This document shows positions 9,063 through 19,892 of a stretch of DNA of 64,000 nt, piece by piece (the first letter of the stretch is position 1; every line of letters starts with the position of its first letter). Source of the DNA: an uncultured delta proteobacterium (GTDB lineage: Bacteria; Myxococcota; Myxococcia; Myxococcales; Myxococcaceae); NCBI GenBank assembly GCA_963713045.1, contig CAVQKE010000004.1:480001-544000 (forward strand), in the 5' to 3' direction. A model generated the notes under the pieces. It was not told where the DNA came from, ran no database searches, and saw only the letters and a list, made by a program, of their open reading frames with translations. The translations under genes and the position numbers were made by a program.

Positions 9063-10709
9063 ATGCAAGCCGATCTCTGGGATGCCATCGTTGTTGGATC
9101 AGGTGCGACCGGCGGCGTGGCCGCCCAAAAGCTCACCGCGGCTGGTCTGCGGGTGTTGATGCTTGAGGCGGGTACCCCGGTTCGCGGTCGAGGCGACTAC
9201 GGCTCTTTTCTTACGAACGGTACCAAGCAGCTGTACCGCCATTTCGTGTCGCATCGCCAGCAGGTCCAGAAGAGTCATCCCACCTATTGGGCGACCAACC
9301 CGGACTTCTTCGTGGATGACTTAGACAACCCCTACAGCACGCCAAGTGACAAGCCGTTTCGTTGGATTCGGTCACGACGGGTCGGGGGTCGGTCGCTCGT
9401 CTGGGACGCGGTCACCCCTCGCTTTTCCGACTTCGACTTCAAAGCGGCGAGCCGAGATGGCTTTGGGCCAGACTGGCCCATCAGCCACGGCGACCTCGCT
9501 CCCTACTACTCAGAGCTTGAGGTTTTTTTCGGAGTTCATGGCTCTCGGGACGGTCTGCCGCAAATCCCGGACGGCGAATTTCTGGAGCCCCGTCCGATGA
9601 CGCCGGCAGAACTCGTCTTCAAAGCGCGGGTGGAGCGCGCCTTTGGTGACCGGAACGTCATTATCTCGCGCGGCCTGTTCGCCCGACGACCCCCTGACCG
9701 TGGCGAGTCGCTGTCTCGAATCTCCAGTCCGGCCACAACGCTTCGGGCAGCGCAAGCGACGGGGCGGCTGACCCTCCGCACCGGCGCCGTAGCAGCCCGC
9801 GTCCTCGTCGACGCAGACGGAACGCGCGCCACTGGAGTCGAGTTCGTCGACGCCGTTACCAAACGAACCGAAGAGGTGCGGGCGCCTCTGGTCTTTCTTT
9901 GTGCGTCCACGCTCGAGAGCGTGCGAATCCTGATGAATTCAAAAACCCCCACGCACCCGCAGGGCATTGGCGCCTCGTCCGGCGTGCTTGGGCGCTACAT
10001 CATGGACCACAGCGCGGGCAACGTTTACTTCTACATGCCCGACGTCCCCGACACCGGGGGCCCCTTTGAGCTGATGGGAAGCGACAGCATCATGATTCCG
10101 CGCTACCAGAACCTGGGCCCGAAGAAAGAGCCCTACCTGAGAGGCTTCGGCATCTGGGGCGGCATCCAGCGGCTACCCGTCCCTTCGTTCTTGAGACGGC
10201 ATCCTGGGGTGGCGTTCGGATTCCTCTGTGCCCGGTCAGAGACGCTGCCCCATTACGACAATCGAATCGAGATTGACCCCGAGTTGCGCGACAAATGGGG
10301 CATCCCGGCGGCACACATCGTCTGCGAGTGGAAGCCAGAGGACCTCGCGCTAGCCAGGGCTGGCCGTCAGGCGGCAAAGGAAATCGTCGAAGCAGCCGGT
10401 GGAAAGTGCGTGGAAGTGACCGAAATTTTCTACACCCCGTTTGTCAAAGGCCACATTCAAGAGATGCAGAAGGAGTGGACTCTCTCCACCCCGGGCATGT
10501 TTGTTCATGAGGTCGGCGGCGCGCGGATGGGCACCGACCCCCAAAATTCCGTGCTCGATTCGCTTTGCCGGTGTTGGGAGGCGCGCAACTTGTACGTCAC
10601 GGACGGGGCCTGTTGGCCTACCTCGGGCTGGCAGAACCCAACGCTCACGGAGATGGCCATCACGGCGCGTGCCTGCGACCACGCGGTCCAAGAACTCAAG
10701 CGCTCGTAA
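9063..10709 (+). CDS. GMC-family FAD oxidoreductase
   Basis: VVGSGATGG, GGRSLVW, HEVGGARMG, NPTLT; abuts the AKR stop. Confidence 0.92.
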   Translation: MQADLWDAIVVGSGATGGVAAQKLTAAGLRVLMLEAGTPVRGRGDYGSFLTNGTKQLYRHFVSHRQQVQKSHPTYWATNPDFFVDDLDNPYSTPSDKPFRWIRSRRVGGRSLVWDAVTPRFSDFDFKAASRDGFGPDWPISHGDLAPYYSELEVFFGVHGSRDGLPQIPDGEFLEPRPMTPAELVFKARVERAFGDRNVIISRGLFARRPPDRGESLSRISSPATTLRAAQATGRLTLRTGAVAARVLVDADGTRATGVEFVDAVTKRTEEVRAPLVFLCASTLESVRILMNSKTPTHPQGIGASSGVLGRYIMDHSAGNVYFYMPDVPDTGGPFELMGSDSIMIPRYQNLGPKKEPYLRGFGIWGGIQRLPVPSFLRRHPGVAFGFLCARSETLPHYDNRIEIDPELRDKWGIPAAHIVCEWKPEDLALARAGRQAAKEIVEAAGGKCVEVTEIFYTPFVKGHIQEMQKEWTLSTPGMFVHEVGGARMGTDPQNSVLDSLCRCWEARNLYVTDGACWPTSGWQNPTLTEMAITARACDHAVQELKRS

Positions 10710-11281
10710 CGTCCCCCTCTCTCTCAACAGTTTAAGAGATGATAGGTCACAGCTCGCATGCGGACCGACTGTCCCACCCAGGCCGGCTCGTGCTCATCCG
10801 GGATTGCCCAATCCCCGAATGGGTTTGGCTGCCGTATGGCTTGGTGCCGTTTCCCCTCTGGGGTGTCAGCTAAAAAGGCGAGCCAGTTGACGGGCTGATT
10901 CACGGGCATCCGGAAGTGGTGCCGTCCGGGCCCGTGGTTGTCGGCAGCCACACCGGCGGTCGCTAGGGCAACGCTGAGGGCAACGCTAGGGCGCCATGCG
11001 TCTTGGGGGCTAGGCCCAGGACGCACTGCTGGTTGTGGTTGGACACACTCGGCCACCTCCCCGCAGTCGAAAACCTGTTTGAGGCGGACTGGGTCAGTGC
11101 CGGTGAGAGAATTCGTGCCCTCCAGGCGTCTTAATTAAGGACCCAAAGCGACCGAGCGCTGGGAAGTAGGTCTCTTCACAGCAGGGCCGGCGGAGGCTGC
11201 TTCGGATTGAGCGGCCACGCCGCTGTCGAGGCGTCGTGGTGACGCTCGTCTTAACCGGGTTAGACCCCCGAGGGGAGAGTC

Positions 11282-12634
11282 ATGAGAGGTCTTCACAGGT
11301 TAGCGCCGCAGCAGGCCGGAAATCGGGCTCGTCTCATCCAACTGCTTGTCGTCGCCGTGTCGGCGCTGGCGCTCGTCTGTTGTTCTCCAAGCACCCAGCC
11401 GCCGGTTCTGGACACTGGTAAGGCTACGGCGACCATCGAACTCGTCCCCACCGGGACAAGGTGCATCGCCATCTCCGTCGTCGGGCCCACCGCCGGGTCC
11501 GCCCCTGTCACCTTTCCTTTCGACGTGGGGCCGCAAGGCAACTCCGTGTTCGCGCTGGTGACGCTGCCGCTCGGGAGCGATACCTTTAGCGCCAACTCCT
11601 ATTCGGTAGCTTGTGCGCAGAGCGCAGGGGCGACGCCGACATATTCCAGCGACTCGGTCGTCGCGACGGTCACCGCGGATGTGCCGGTCACCATAACGCT
11701 CCAAATGAGTAACGGGGGCGAGGGCAACGTTGGTATTCAGTTTCCTTCCCCAGGCAACGCCGTCACCGAGTTCCCGGTCCCCACCGCAAAAAGCCGCCCC
11801 TCGAGCATCGCCGCAGGGCCCGACGGCAACCTCTGGTTCACCGAACAAGTCGGAGACAACATCGGCCGGATTACGCCCGACGGCACCATCACCGAGTTCG
11901 TCATCCCCACAGCAAACAGCAATTCCCAAAACATCGCGGCAGGGCCCGACGGCAACCTCTGGTTCACCGAGTATTTTGGAAACAACATCGGCCGAATTAC
12001 GCCGAGCGGCACCATTACCGAGTTCGTCATCCCCACCGCAAGAAGCTATCCCTTGGGCATCGCGGCAGGGCCCGACGGCAACCTCTGGTTCACCGAGTCT
12101 GGTGGAAATAAAATCGGACGCGTTACGCCTGGCGGCACTATCAGCGAGTCCGGCATCCCCACAGCGAGCAGCAACCCATACGGCATCGCCGTCGGCTCCG
12201 ACGGCGACCTCTGGTTCACCGAAGAGTCAGGAAACAACATCGGACGCAAATCGACTGGCGGTGGCATCACCGAGTTCCCTGTCCCAAACGGCGGTCCCCA
12301 AGGCATCGCCGCCGGCTCCGACGGCAACCTCTGGTACACCGACGGAAACACCATCGGCCTCATCAGCCCGGACAACCCCCTGAGCATTCAATGGTTTGTT
12401 GTCCCCACAGCAAACAGCACTCCCATAGGCATCGCAGCTGGCCCCGATGGCAACCTCTGGTTCACCGAATTGTCAGGAAACAACATCGGACGCGTTACAC
12501 CTGCCGGCATCATGACTGAGTTCCCAGTCCCCACCTCGGGCTGCACGCCCGGGGGAATCGCCGCCGGCCCGGACGGCAACCTCTGGTTCACCGAATTGTC
12601 AGGAAACAACATCGGACGCATCACCACCTTCTAA
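11282..12634 (+). CDS. Secreted/lipoprotein with one two-Cys beta domain and a 7-bladed Vgb-like propeller
   Basis: Hydrophobic leader ending LVCC; seven G[PS]DG[ND]LW blades at ~42-aa period. Confidence 0.85.
   Translation: MRGLHRLAPQQAGNRARLIQLLVVAVSALALVCCSPSTQPPVLDTGKATATIELVPTGTRCIAISVVGPTAGSAPVTFPFDVGPQGNSVFALVTLPLGSDTFSANSYSVACAQSAGATPTYSSDSVVATVTADVPVTITLQMSNGGEGNVGIQFPSPGNAVTEFPVPTAKSRPSSIAAGPDGNLWFTEQVGDNIGRITPDGTITEFVIPTANSNSQNIAAGPDGNLWFTEYFGNNIGRITPSGTITEFVIPTARSYPLGIAAGPDGNLWFTESGGNKIGRVTPGGTISESGIPTASSNPYGIAVGSDGDLWFTEESGNNIGRKSTGGGITEFPVPNGGPQGIAAGSDGNLWYTDGNTIGLISPDNPLSIQWFVVPTANSTPIGIAAGPDGNLWFTELSGNNIGRVTPAGIMTEFPVPTSGCTPGGIAAGPDGNLWFTELSGNNIGRITTF
11762..12631 (+). repeat. 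Coding tandem repeat, ~126-nt propeller blades
   Basis: Recurring GACGGCAACCTCTGGTTCACCGA; exact 45-nt match between 12449-12493 and 12575-12619. Confidence 0.9.
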
Positions 12635-12639
12635 CGGCG

Positions 12640-14547
12640 ATGCGGGCAAGAGCTCCTAATGCCGTAAGGTTGGCAGGGGTTTGCCTTGGCGTCCTGACTG
12701 CTTGCTTCCCGCAAGAAAATCAGCTCCACCTCCTGGGGCGCGCGGGTGTGCAGGTTAAGTTCGCCCCGACAGGAGTGGGCTGCGTGGTCATTGGGGTGGT
12801 CGGCGTCGCAACCGTCACACAACAGTTCGATGTCGCTCCACAGGGCAACACCGTATTTGCCCTCGACGAGCTGCCGCTTGGGAGCGATACCTTCACCGCA
12901 AAGGCGTATTCAGTACCGTGCTCGCAGAGCGCGGCCGCAACCGCGACTTATGTCAGCAACCCGGCCGTCGCGACGGTCACCGCGGATGTGCCAGTCAGTG
13001 TCACGCTTAACATGAGCAGCGGGGCGGACGGGACCGTTCGGGTTGAGTTTCCAGCCGGGACGCTGGCGCCCATTGGAGTCGCTTGCATCATCGCCCAGGC
13101 GCTCGGAACAACCACGGTTGCCTATCCGTTTGACGTCGCACCGGAGAGCGAAACGGTGTTCGCGCTTCAGGGGTTGCCTCTCGGAAGCGACACTTTCAGT
13201 GCCCAGGCGTTCCCTGTGCCGTGTGCTTCGGCGGCAGCAGCCACTGCGAATTGGGCGAGCAGTGCGGTGACGACCACCGTCGACGCAGGTCTCCCGGCGA
13301 GCGTCACCCTCACCATGGCGCCAGTCTTGCCTGGCGGGGAGACAGTGCGAGTTGAGTTTCCACCCATCGTCACCCAGTTCTCGCTGCCCACTGCGAATGC
13401 TACGCCCACGGGCATGAGCGCAGGTCCGGATGGCAACCTTTGGTTCACAGAACAGAACCCATCCGGCAACAACATTGGGCGCATCACGCCCGACGGCATC
13501 ATCACCGAGTTTCCCATTCCCACGGCGAGCAGCTACCCCGAGAGCATCACAGCAGGCCCCGACGGCAACCTTTGGTTCACTGAGGAGAACCGCGGCAAAA
13601 TTGGGCGCATCACGCCGCTCGGCACCATTACCGAGTTCGTCATCCCGGGTACAACCTACGGGGTGAACCCGTATGGTATCGGGACCGGTCCGGACGGCAA
13701 CCTCTGGTTCACTGGGACCGGGGTCAACACTGGCCTGGCCTACGTTGGGCGCATCACGCCGCAGGCCACCTTCACCCTGTTTGTACTTCCAACCGTCAGC
13801 GCCAGGCCCGAGAGCATCGCGGCAGGCCCGGACGGCAACCTCTGGTTCACCGAGTATGCCCCCAATAAAATCGGGACCATCTCACCCACAACCGGCACCA
13901 TCACCGAGTACTCGGGCCAGGGCATCAATGGACCCATCAGCATTACTGCGGGACCAGACGGCAACCTCTGGTTCGGCGAATTGAACTCCGTCGGCACCAT
14001 CACCACCGGCGGTTTGGTCCTCTACCAATATCCGGACTGCACCGCCTGTCAGGTGGAGGGCATCGTCACAGGACCAGACGGCAACCTCTGGTTCACCGAC
14101 TTCGGCGCCGGCGACGGCGACATTGGGATGCTGACGACGAATGACACCGGCACCAAGTTCCCCCTCTCCTCAAGCACCGGCGCACTCGGGCCCTATGGCA
14201 TCGCGGTCAGCTCGGACGGTAACCTCTGGTTCACGGAATACGACGCGAATGCCATCGGTCGCATCAGTCTGCCACCGGTGGTTGCGCCAGCCGGAGTGGC
14301 TTGTGTCGTGGTGCAGGTCTTCCCCAGTGTTGGGAACAGTTCCACCTATTCGTTCGACGTCAGCCCCGGAAGCAGCACGGTGTTCACTCTTTCGGGCCTG
14401 CCACCTGGCACCGCCTTCATCGCCGCCAACGCATACGCGGTGCCGTGTGCGCAAACCGCCGGAGCCACCGCGACCTATGCGGGCGGCATCTCGACCACCA
14501 TCCCCGCCGGGCCGGCGAGCGTGTCGTTGCAGCTCGTGGCACAATGA
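12640..14547 (+). CDS. Lipoprotein with three two-Cys beta domains and a 7-bladed Vgb-like propeller
   Basis: Lipobox LTAC (Cys22); repeated FDV.P...VF.L..LP.G motif; seven DGNLWF blades. Confidence 0.85.
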   Translation: MRARAPNAVRLAGVCLGVLTACFPQENQLHLLGRAGVQVKFAPTGVGCVVIGVVGVATVTQQFDVAPQGNTVFALDELPLGSDTFTAKAYSVPCSQSAAATATYVSNPAVATVTADVPVSVTLNMSSGADGTVRVEFPAGTLAPIGVACIIAQALGTTTVAYPFDVAPESETVFALQGLPLGSDTFSAQAFPVPCASAAAATANWASSAVTTTVDAGLPASVTLTMAPVLPGGETVRVEFPPIVTQFSLPTANATPTGMSAGPDGNLWFTEQNPSGNNIGRITPDGIITEFPIPTASSYPESITAGPDGNLWFTEENRGKIGRITPLGTITEFVIPGTTYGVNPYGIGTGPDGNLWFTGTGVNTGLAYVGRITPQATFTLFVLPTVSARPESIAAGPDGNLWFTEYAPNKIGTISPTTGTITEYSGQGINGPISITAGPDGNLWFGELNSVGTITTGGLVLYQYPDCTACQVEGIVTGPDGNLWFTDFGAGDGDIGMLTTNDTGTKFPLSSSTGALGPYGIAVSSDGNLWFTEYDANAIGRISLPPVVAPAGVACVVVQVFPSVGNSSTYSFDVSPGSSTVFTLSGLPPGTAFIAANAYAVPCAQTAGATATYAGGISTTIPAGPASVSLQLVAQ

Positions 14548-14924
14548 CCGGGCCGTCGGAAAGCGTCAGGTGCCAATCGCTTCTGCGGTGTTGCTCGGGG
14601 CGGGGCGCCACGGCGACGACTGACAGAAACGTAGCAACCTCCAGCGTCTCGCCAATTCATGCTCCGTGCGTGTAACGGCGTCCCCGGAATGAGGTTCAAA
14701 GCGACATGCCGGCGTCGCGGACGCGCCCGGCGTGCGCTGGCTGAACTCACGACGCCCCGGACGGCCCGAAACGGCTGGCTACGTCAACCACGGCGCCAAC
14801 GAGGCCCCTCCTTCCGGGCGTCCATGCGGCCCTCAGAAACCCCGGAAAACGCATGGACTGGTTGACTGCTGATTGACGTGGGGTGCCGAAAAGTGCAGCA
14901 CTCCAGCGACCTCAACAGACCAAC

Positions 14925-16346
14925 ATGCGACCTCTAGATACCCAAAGCCATAGGAAGGACGAGGACTTGGAGCCATCCCCAGACCCCCCCCGAGGGAAAC
15001 GGTTTTTTGTGAAGACCTTTGGCTGCCAAATGAACGTCAGTGACTCGCTTCGCATGGGAGAGTCGCTGGCCAGGGTTGGCTACCGGCCCACGACCCGTGC
15101 CGAGGACGCGGACCTCATCATCCTCAACACCTGCGCCATTCGCGAAAAGGCTGAGGACAAGATGCTGTCCGCGTTAGGCCGATACCGAGCCGTGAAGCTG
15201 CAACGCGGCGCGCTTCTCGGCGTGGGTGGCTGCGTGGCGCAGCAGGAGAAGGCCAAACTCCTGGCGCGGGTTCCCTACCTGGACTTTGTGTTTGGCCCGG
15301 ATGCCATCCCGCGACTCCCGGACATCCTCCGGCGCGTCGAAACAGAGCGCGCCCGAGTCGTCGAAACCGCGTGGATGGAGTCCGAGGACTATGTCTTCCC
15401 GCGCGCTGACGCGACTTCCTCGGCGGGGAAGGTCAGCGAATTCGTCACCGTCATGAAGGGCTGCGACAACGTCTGTAGCTTCTGCGTTGTCCCGCACACA
15501 CGTGGTCGTGAGGTCAGCCGACCGTTCCCCGAGGTCCTCGAGGAGGTTGCTCGGCTCGTTTCGGTCGGGGTGCGAGAAGTCACGTTGATTGGTCAAAACG
15601 TGAATAGCTATCGCGGCGGCATCCGGTTTGCCGAGTTGCTCCTTCGCGTGGCGCACGTACCAGGCATTGTGCGCGTTCGATTCACCACCAGCCATCCGCA
15701 CGACCTCTCGGACGAGCTGGTTGAGGCCTTTCGTGTCGAGCCCCGCATCGCTCCGCACTTCCATCTTCCAGTCCAGAGTGGCAGCGAAACGGTGCTACGG
15801 CACATGCGACGGGACTACACGACGGAGACGTACCTCGCCAAGCTTGCGGCCCTCCGGGTGGCACGGCCCCGGATTGCTGTCACCACAGACATCATTGTTG
15901 GCTTTCCCGGTGAGACGGAGGAAGACTTTCAAGCCACACTCAAACTCACTGAAGCCGTGCGCTTCGAGAACCAGTTTTCTTTCTGTTTCAGCCCTCGACC
16001 ACGAACGGTTGCCGGGCTCAAGGAAGCAGAGTGGGGCGAGGTCCCCCGCGAGACGAAAATAGAACGGCTGGAGCGCCTCCAGCATCTGCAGCGGCGCATC
16101 ACCTCGGAGATTTTGGCCGAGCAGGTGGGCAAGCGAGTCGAAGTCCTGGTGGAGGGCCCGTCCCGAACCGACCCCCTGCGACGGTTCGGCCGCACGCCGG
16201 AGAACCGAGGCCTGAACTTCGCCGGAGACGTCCCAACCGGGTCCCGGGTGCTGGTCGACGTGACCAGCAGCTCGCTCACTTCGCTGGGTGGCGTCCAGGC
16301 GAAAGTGCTCGACTGGCCCTCCGCTCAGGCGACGACTGTCAGCTAG
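14925..16346 (+). CDS. miaB: tRNA-2-methylthio-N6-isopentenyladenosine synthase
   Basis: TFGCQMN, NTCAIREKAE, radical-SAM CDNVCSFC, RFTTSHP, C-terminal TRAM. Confidence 0.96.
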   Translation: MRPLDTQSHRKDEDLEPSPDPPRGKRFFVKTFGCQMNVSDSLRMGESLARVGYRPTTRAEDADLIILNTCAIREKAEDKMLSALGRYRAVKLQRGALLGVGGCVAQQEKAKLLARVPYLDFVFGPDAIPRLPDILRRVETERARVVETAWMESEDYVFPRADATSSAGKVSEFVTVMKGCDNVCSFCVVPHTRGREVSRPFPEVLEEVARLVSVGVREVTLIGQNVNSYRGGIRFAELLLRVAHVPGIVRVRFTTSHPHDLSDELVEAFRVEPRIAPHFHLPVQSGSETVLRHMRRDYTTETYLAKLAALRVARPRIAVTTDIIVGFPGETEEDFQATLKLTEAVRFENQFSFCFSPRPRTVAGLKEAEWGEVPRETKIERLERLQHLQRRITSEILAEQVGKRVEVLVEGPSRTDPLRRFGRTPENRGLNFAGDVPTGSRVLVDVTSSSLTSLGGVQAKVLDWPSAQATTVS

Positions 16347-16373
16347 GCCAACGGGAAAGTAGCGGAGTCGCGC

Positions 16374-16883
16374 ATGCCAATTCGGAGTTTCCAAGGGGTC
16401 ACCCCGCGCCTGCATCCATCGGTGTTTGTCGCCGAGGGTGCTCAGCTCATCGGCGATGTTGAAGTCGGCGAGGACTCCTCCATCTGGTACAACACCGTGC
16501 TGCGCGGAGATGTGAACAGAATCCGAATCGGGCGCCGGACCAACATCCAGGACCTGACGATGGTGCACGTGCACAAGGACCGTTTCCCCTGCAGCGTTGG
16601 CGACGACGTCACGGTGGGACACCATGCCGTGGTGCACGGCTGCACCGTCGGAAACAGAGTGCTGGTGGGAATTGGCGCTATCCTCTTGGATGGGGCCGTG
16701 GTCGAGGATGATTGCTTTATCTCGGCCGGAACGCTGCTGACCCCGGGCACAGTGGTCCCGTCCGGCTCGATGGTGATGGGCGCCCCTGGAAAAGTGAAGC
16801 GTGCCCTGACTTCGCAGGAGCGACAGGACTTGCTTGCCAGCGCCGCTGGGTATGTGCTGAACGCCCGTGCGCATCGCGGGTGA
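16374..16883 (+). CDS. Gamma carbonic anhydrase family protein
   Basis: VLRGD, NIQD..VH, GHHAVVHGC, hexapeptide repeats. Confidence 0.92.
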   Translation: MPIRSFQGVTPRLHPSVFVAEGAQLIGDVEVGEDSSIWYNTVLRGDVNRIRIGRRTNIQDLTMVHVHKDRFPCSVGDDVTVGHHAVVHGCTVGNRVLVGIGAILLDGAVVEDDCFISAGTLLTPGTVVPSGSMVMGAPGKVKRALTSQERQDLLASAAGYVLNARAHRG

Positions 16884-16932
16884 GTCAGGACCCGGATCCA
16901 AGGCGTGTAGCGGAGTGGTAAGAGGCAGCCCG

Positions 16933-17403
16933 ATGGCGGTTCTCGATGCGCTCAAGGCGTCTGCCCTGCTCAAGGGCTTCACCGACACCGGGCTGCAAAT
17001 CCTCGCCGGCATTGCGTCCGACCGTACCTTCCCTCGCGGGGCGCCGATTTTCGTCGAGAACATGGTGGCGGAGTCGCTCTTCATCATCGGTCAGGGGAAG
17101 GTCTCCATCTCCGTCAAGGGCAACAACGGGGAAGAGATACCGGTTGGGGAACTTGGGCCTGGAGACTCGCTTGGCGAGCTGGCGCTGCTCCAACAGGGAC
17201 AGCGGATGTGCAGCGCAGTCGCGCTCACCTTGGTCAGCGCCGTGGAACTGAGAAGCTCGGATTTCCAGCGGCTTCTAGGCCAGAAGCCGCAGGCATGCCT
17301 CAAGCTGTTAATGGCCATCGTTTCGATGTTTTCTGCCCGACTGGCTGACAATCGCGAAGCGCTGCGGACGCTCCTGCCCCGCGGCTCGCTCCCCAGGGTT
17401 TGA
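16933..17403 (+). CDS. Stand-alone cyclic nucleotide-binding domain protein
   Basis: LFIIGQGKV and LGPGDSLGELALL..R.CSA; no HTH. Confidence 0.85.
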   Translation: MAVLDALKASALLKGFTDTGLQILAGIASDRTFPRGAPIFVENMVAESLFIIGQGKVSISVKGNNGEEIPVGELGPGDSLGELALLQQGQRMCSAVALTLVSAVELRSSDFQRLLGQKPQACLKLLMAIVSMFSARLADNREALRTLLPRGSLPRV

Positions 17404-17456
17404 CGGGGGCGTGTTAGGGTCGCGGCGCCCCTGGCGTGCGAGCCACTGGGTCTCGG

Positions 17457-18176
17457 GTGGAAAACCTCCTCAAAGCGCTCCTCATCGGCAGCCAGGGCTT
17501 AGCCGCTTACGGGACCATTTTCGGCATCTTGGTGGCCTGCGGGGTTGGGATTCCGTTTCCGGAGGACGTCTCGCTCATCCTCGGCGGCTATCTGGTCTTC
17601 CGCGGGGCAGCCAACCTTCCGCTCATGGTGGCCACCGGCTTCCTCGGCATCCTCGCCGGTGACTCGCTCATCTACGGTGCTGGCCGGCGTCTCGGTAACC
17701 GAGCTCGTACCGCCCACGGACGGCTCCTCCGTCGACTCCTAACGCCACAACGACAGGCCAAGGTGGAGGCTCTCTTTGCCCGCCACGGCGAGAAAATCGT
17801 CATGGCCGCTCGGTTCATGCCAGGGGTGCGGGCAGTCACGTTCTTCACCGCCGGTTCTGCGGGAATGCCGTACACCCGCTTCATCTGCTTCGACGGCCTC
17901 GCCGCCTTGGCCTCCGCACCGGCATTCGTCTTCCTTGGCTTCCGCTTCGGCCGCCAGTTGCAGCGCGTCATCGAGCTGCTCAAGCGCTTTCAAATCGCGA
18001 CAGCCATCGTCATCGTTCTCAGCGTGTGCGCGTGGGTCGGGTGGCGGCACTGGCGGGACAGTCGCCGAAAGCCACCGCTTGGGGCGGAAGCCCACCCAGG
18101 GCCCATCGAAAGGCGGGACGGCGTCGAGCGGCGGGCCGTCTCACATGAGCGTCCGACGAAAGAGAAAACCCTTTAA
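17457..18176 (+). CDS. DedA family membrane protein
   Basis: GIPFPED, GDSLIY.AGR, ARFMPGVR. Confidence 0.9.
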   Translation: MENLLKALLIGSQGLAAYGTIFGILVACGVGIPFPEDVSLILGGYLVFRGAANLPLMVATGFLGILAGDSLIYGAGRRLGNRARTAHGRLLRRLLTPQRQAKVEALFARHGEKIVMAARFMPGVRAVTFFTAGSAGMPYTRFICFDGLAALASAPAFVFLGFRFGRQLQRVIELLKRFQIATAIVIVLSVCAWVGWRHWRDSRRKPPLGAEAHPGPIERRDGVERRAVSHERPTKEKTL

Positions 18177-18253
18177 ATTCTGGATGTTTAGACGACATTG
18201 GGTGTTCAGCCGGAACCTCCTCGGCTCGCTTTTGGCGGAGTGGGCGCGTATAG

Positions 18254-19720
<1,467 letters not shown>

Positions 19721-19892
19721 GCGCGAGACACCCGAGCGCCTCACGGCGAGCCATCACCGGCTCCTCGCGGTCCCTTGCGCGAAGCTCCTGATAAGCCCGG
19801 CGCGGCTGGCTGGTCCAGCCTCTGCTGAGGCAAGAGGCGGTGCCAATCTCCCCCCGCGCGGCAAGTCAGACCCGTCGTATTAAGAGAGGGAG

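Noticed and set aside
11762..14260. Regularly spaced DNA repeats resembling a CRISPR array or a DGR template/variable repeat
   Set aside because: The repeats are in-frame propeller blades; there are no cas or reverse transcriptase genes and no adenine-specific mismatch pattern is evident.
11282..14547. vgb streptogramin resistance genes
   Set aside because: The proteins are exported and their propellers contain no His.
15795..17087. 430-aa minus-strand ORF (similarly 7582..8493 and 54017..55072)
   Set aside because: High-GC shadow ORFs overlapping well-supported genes.
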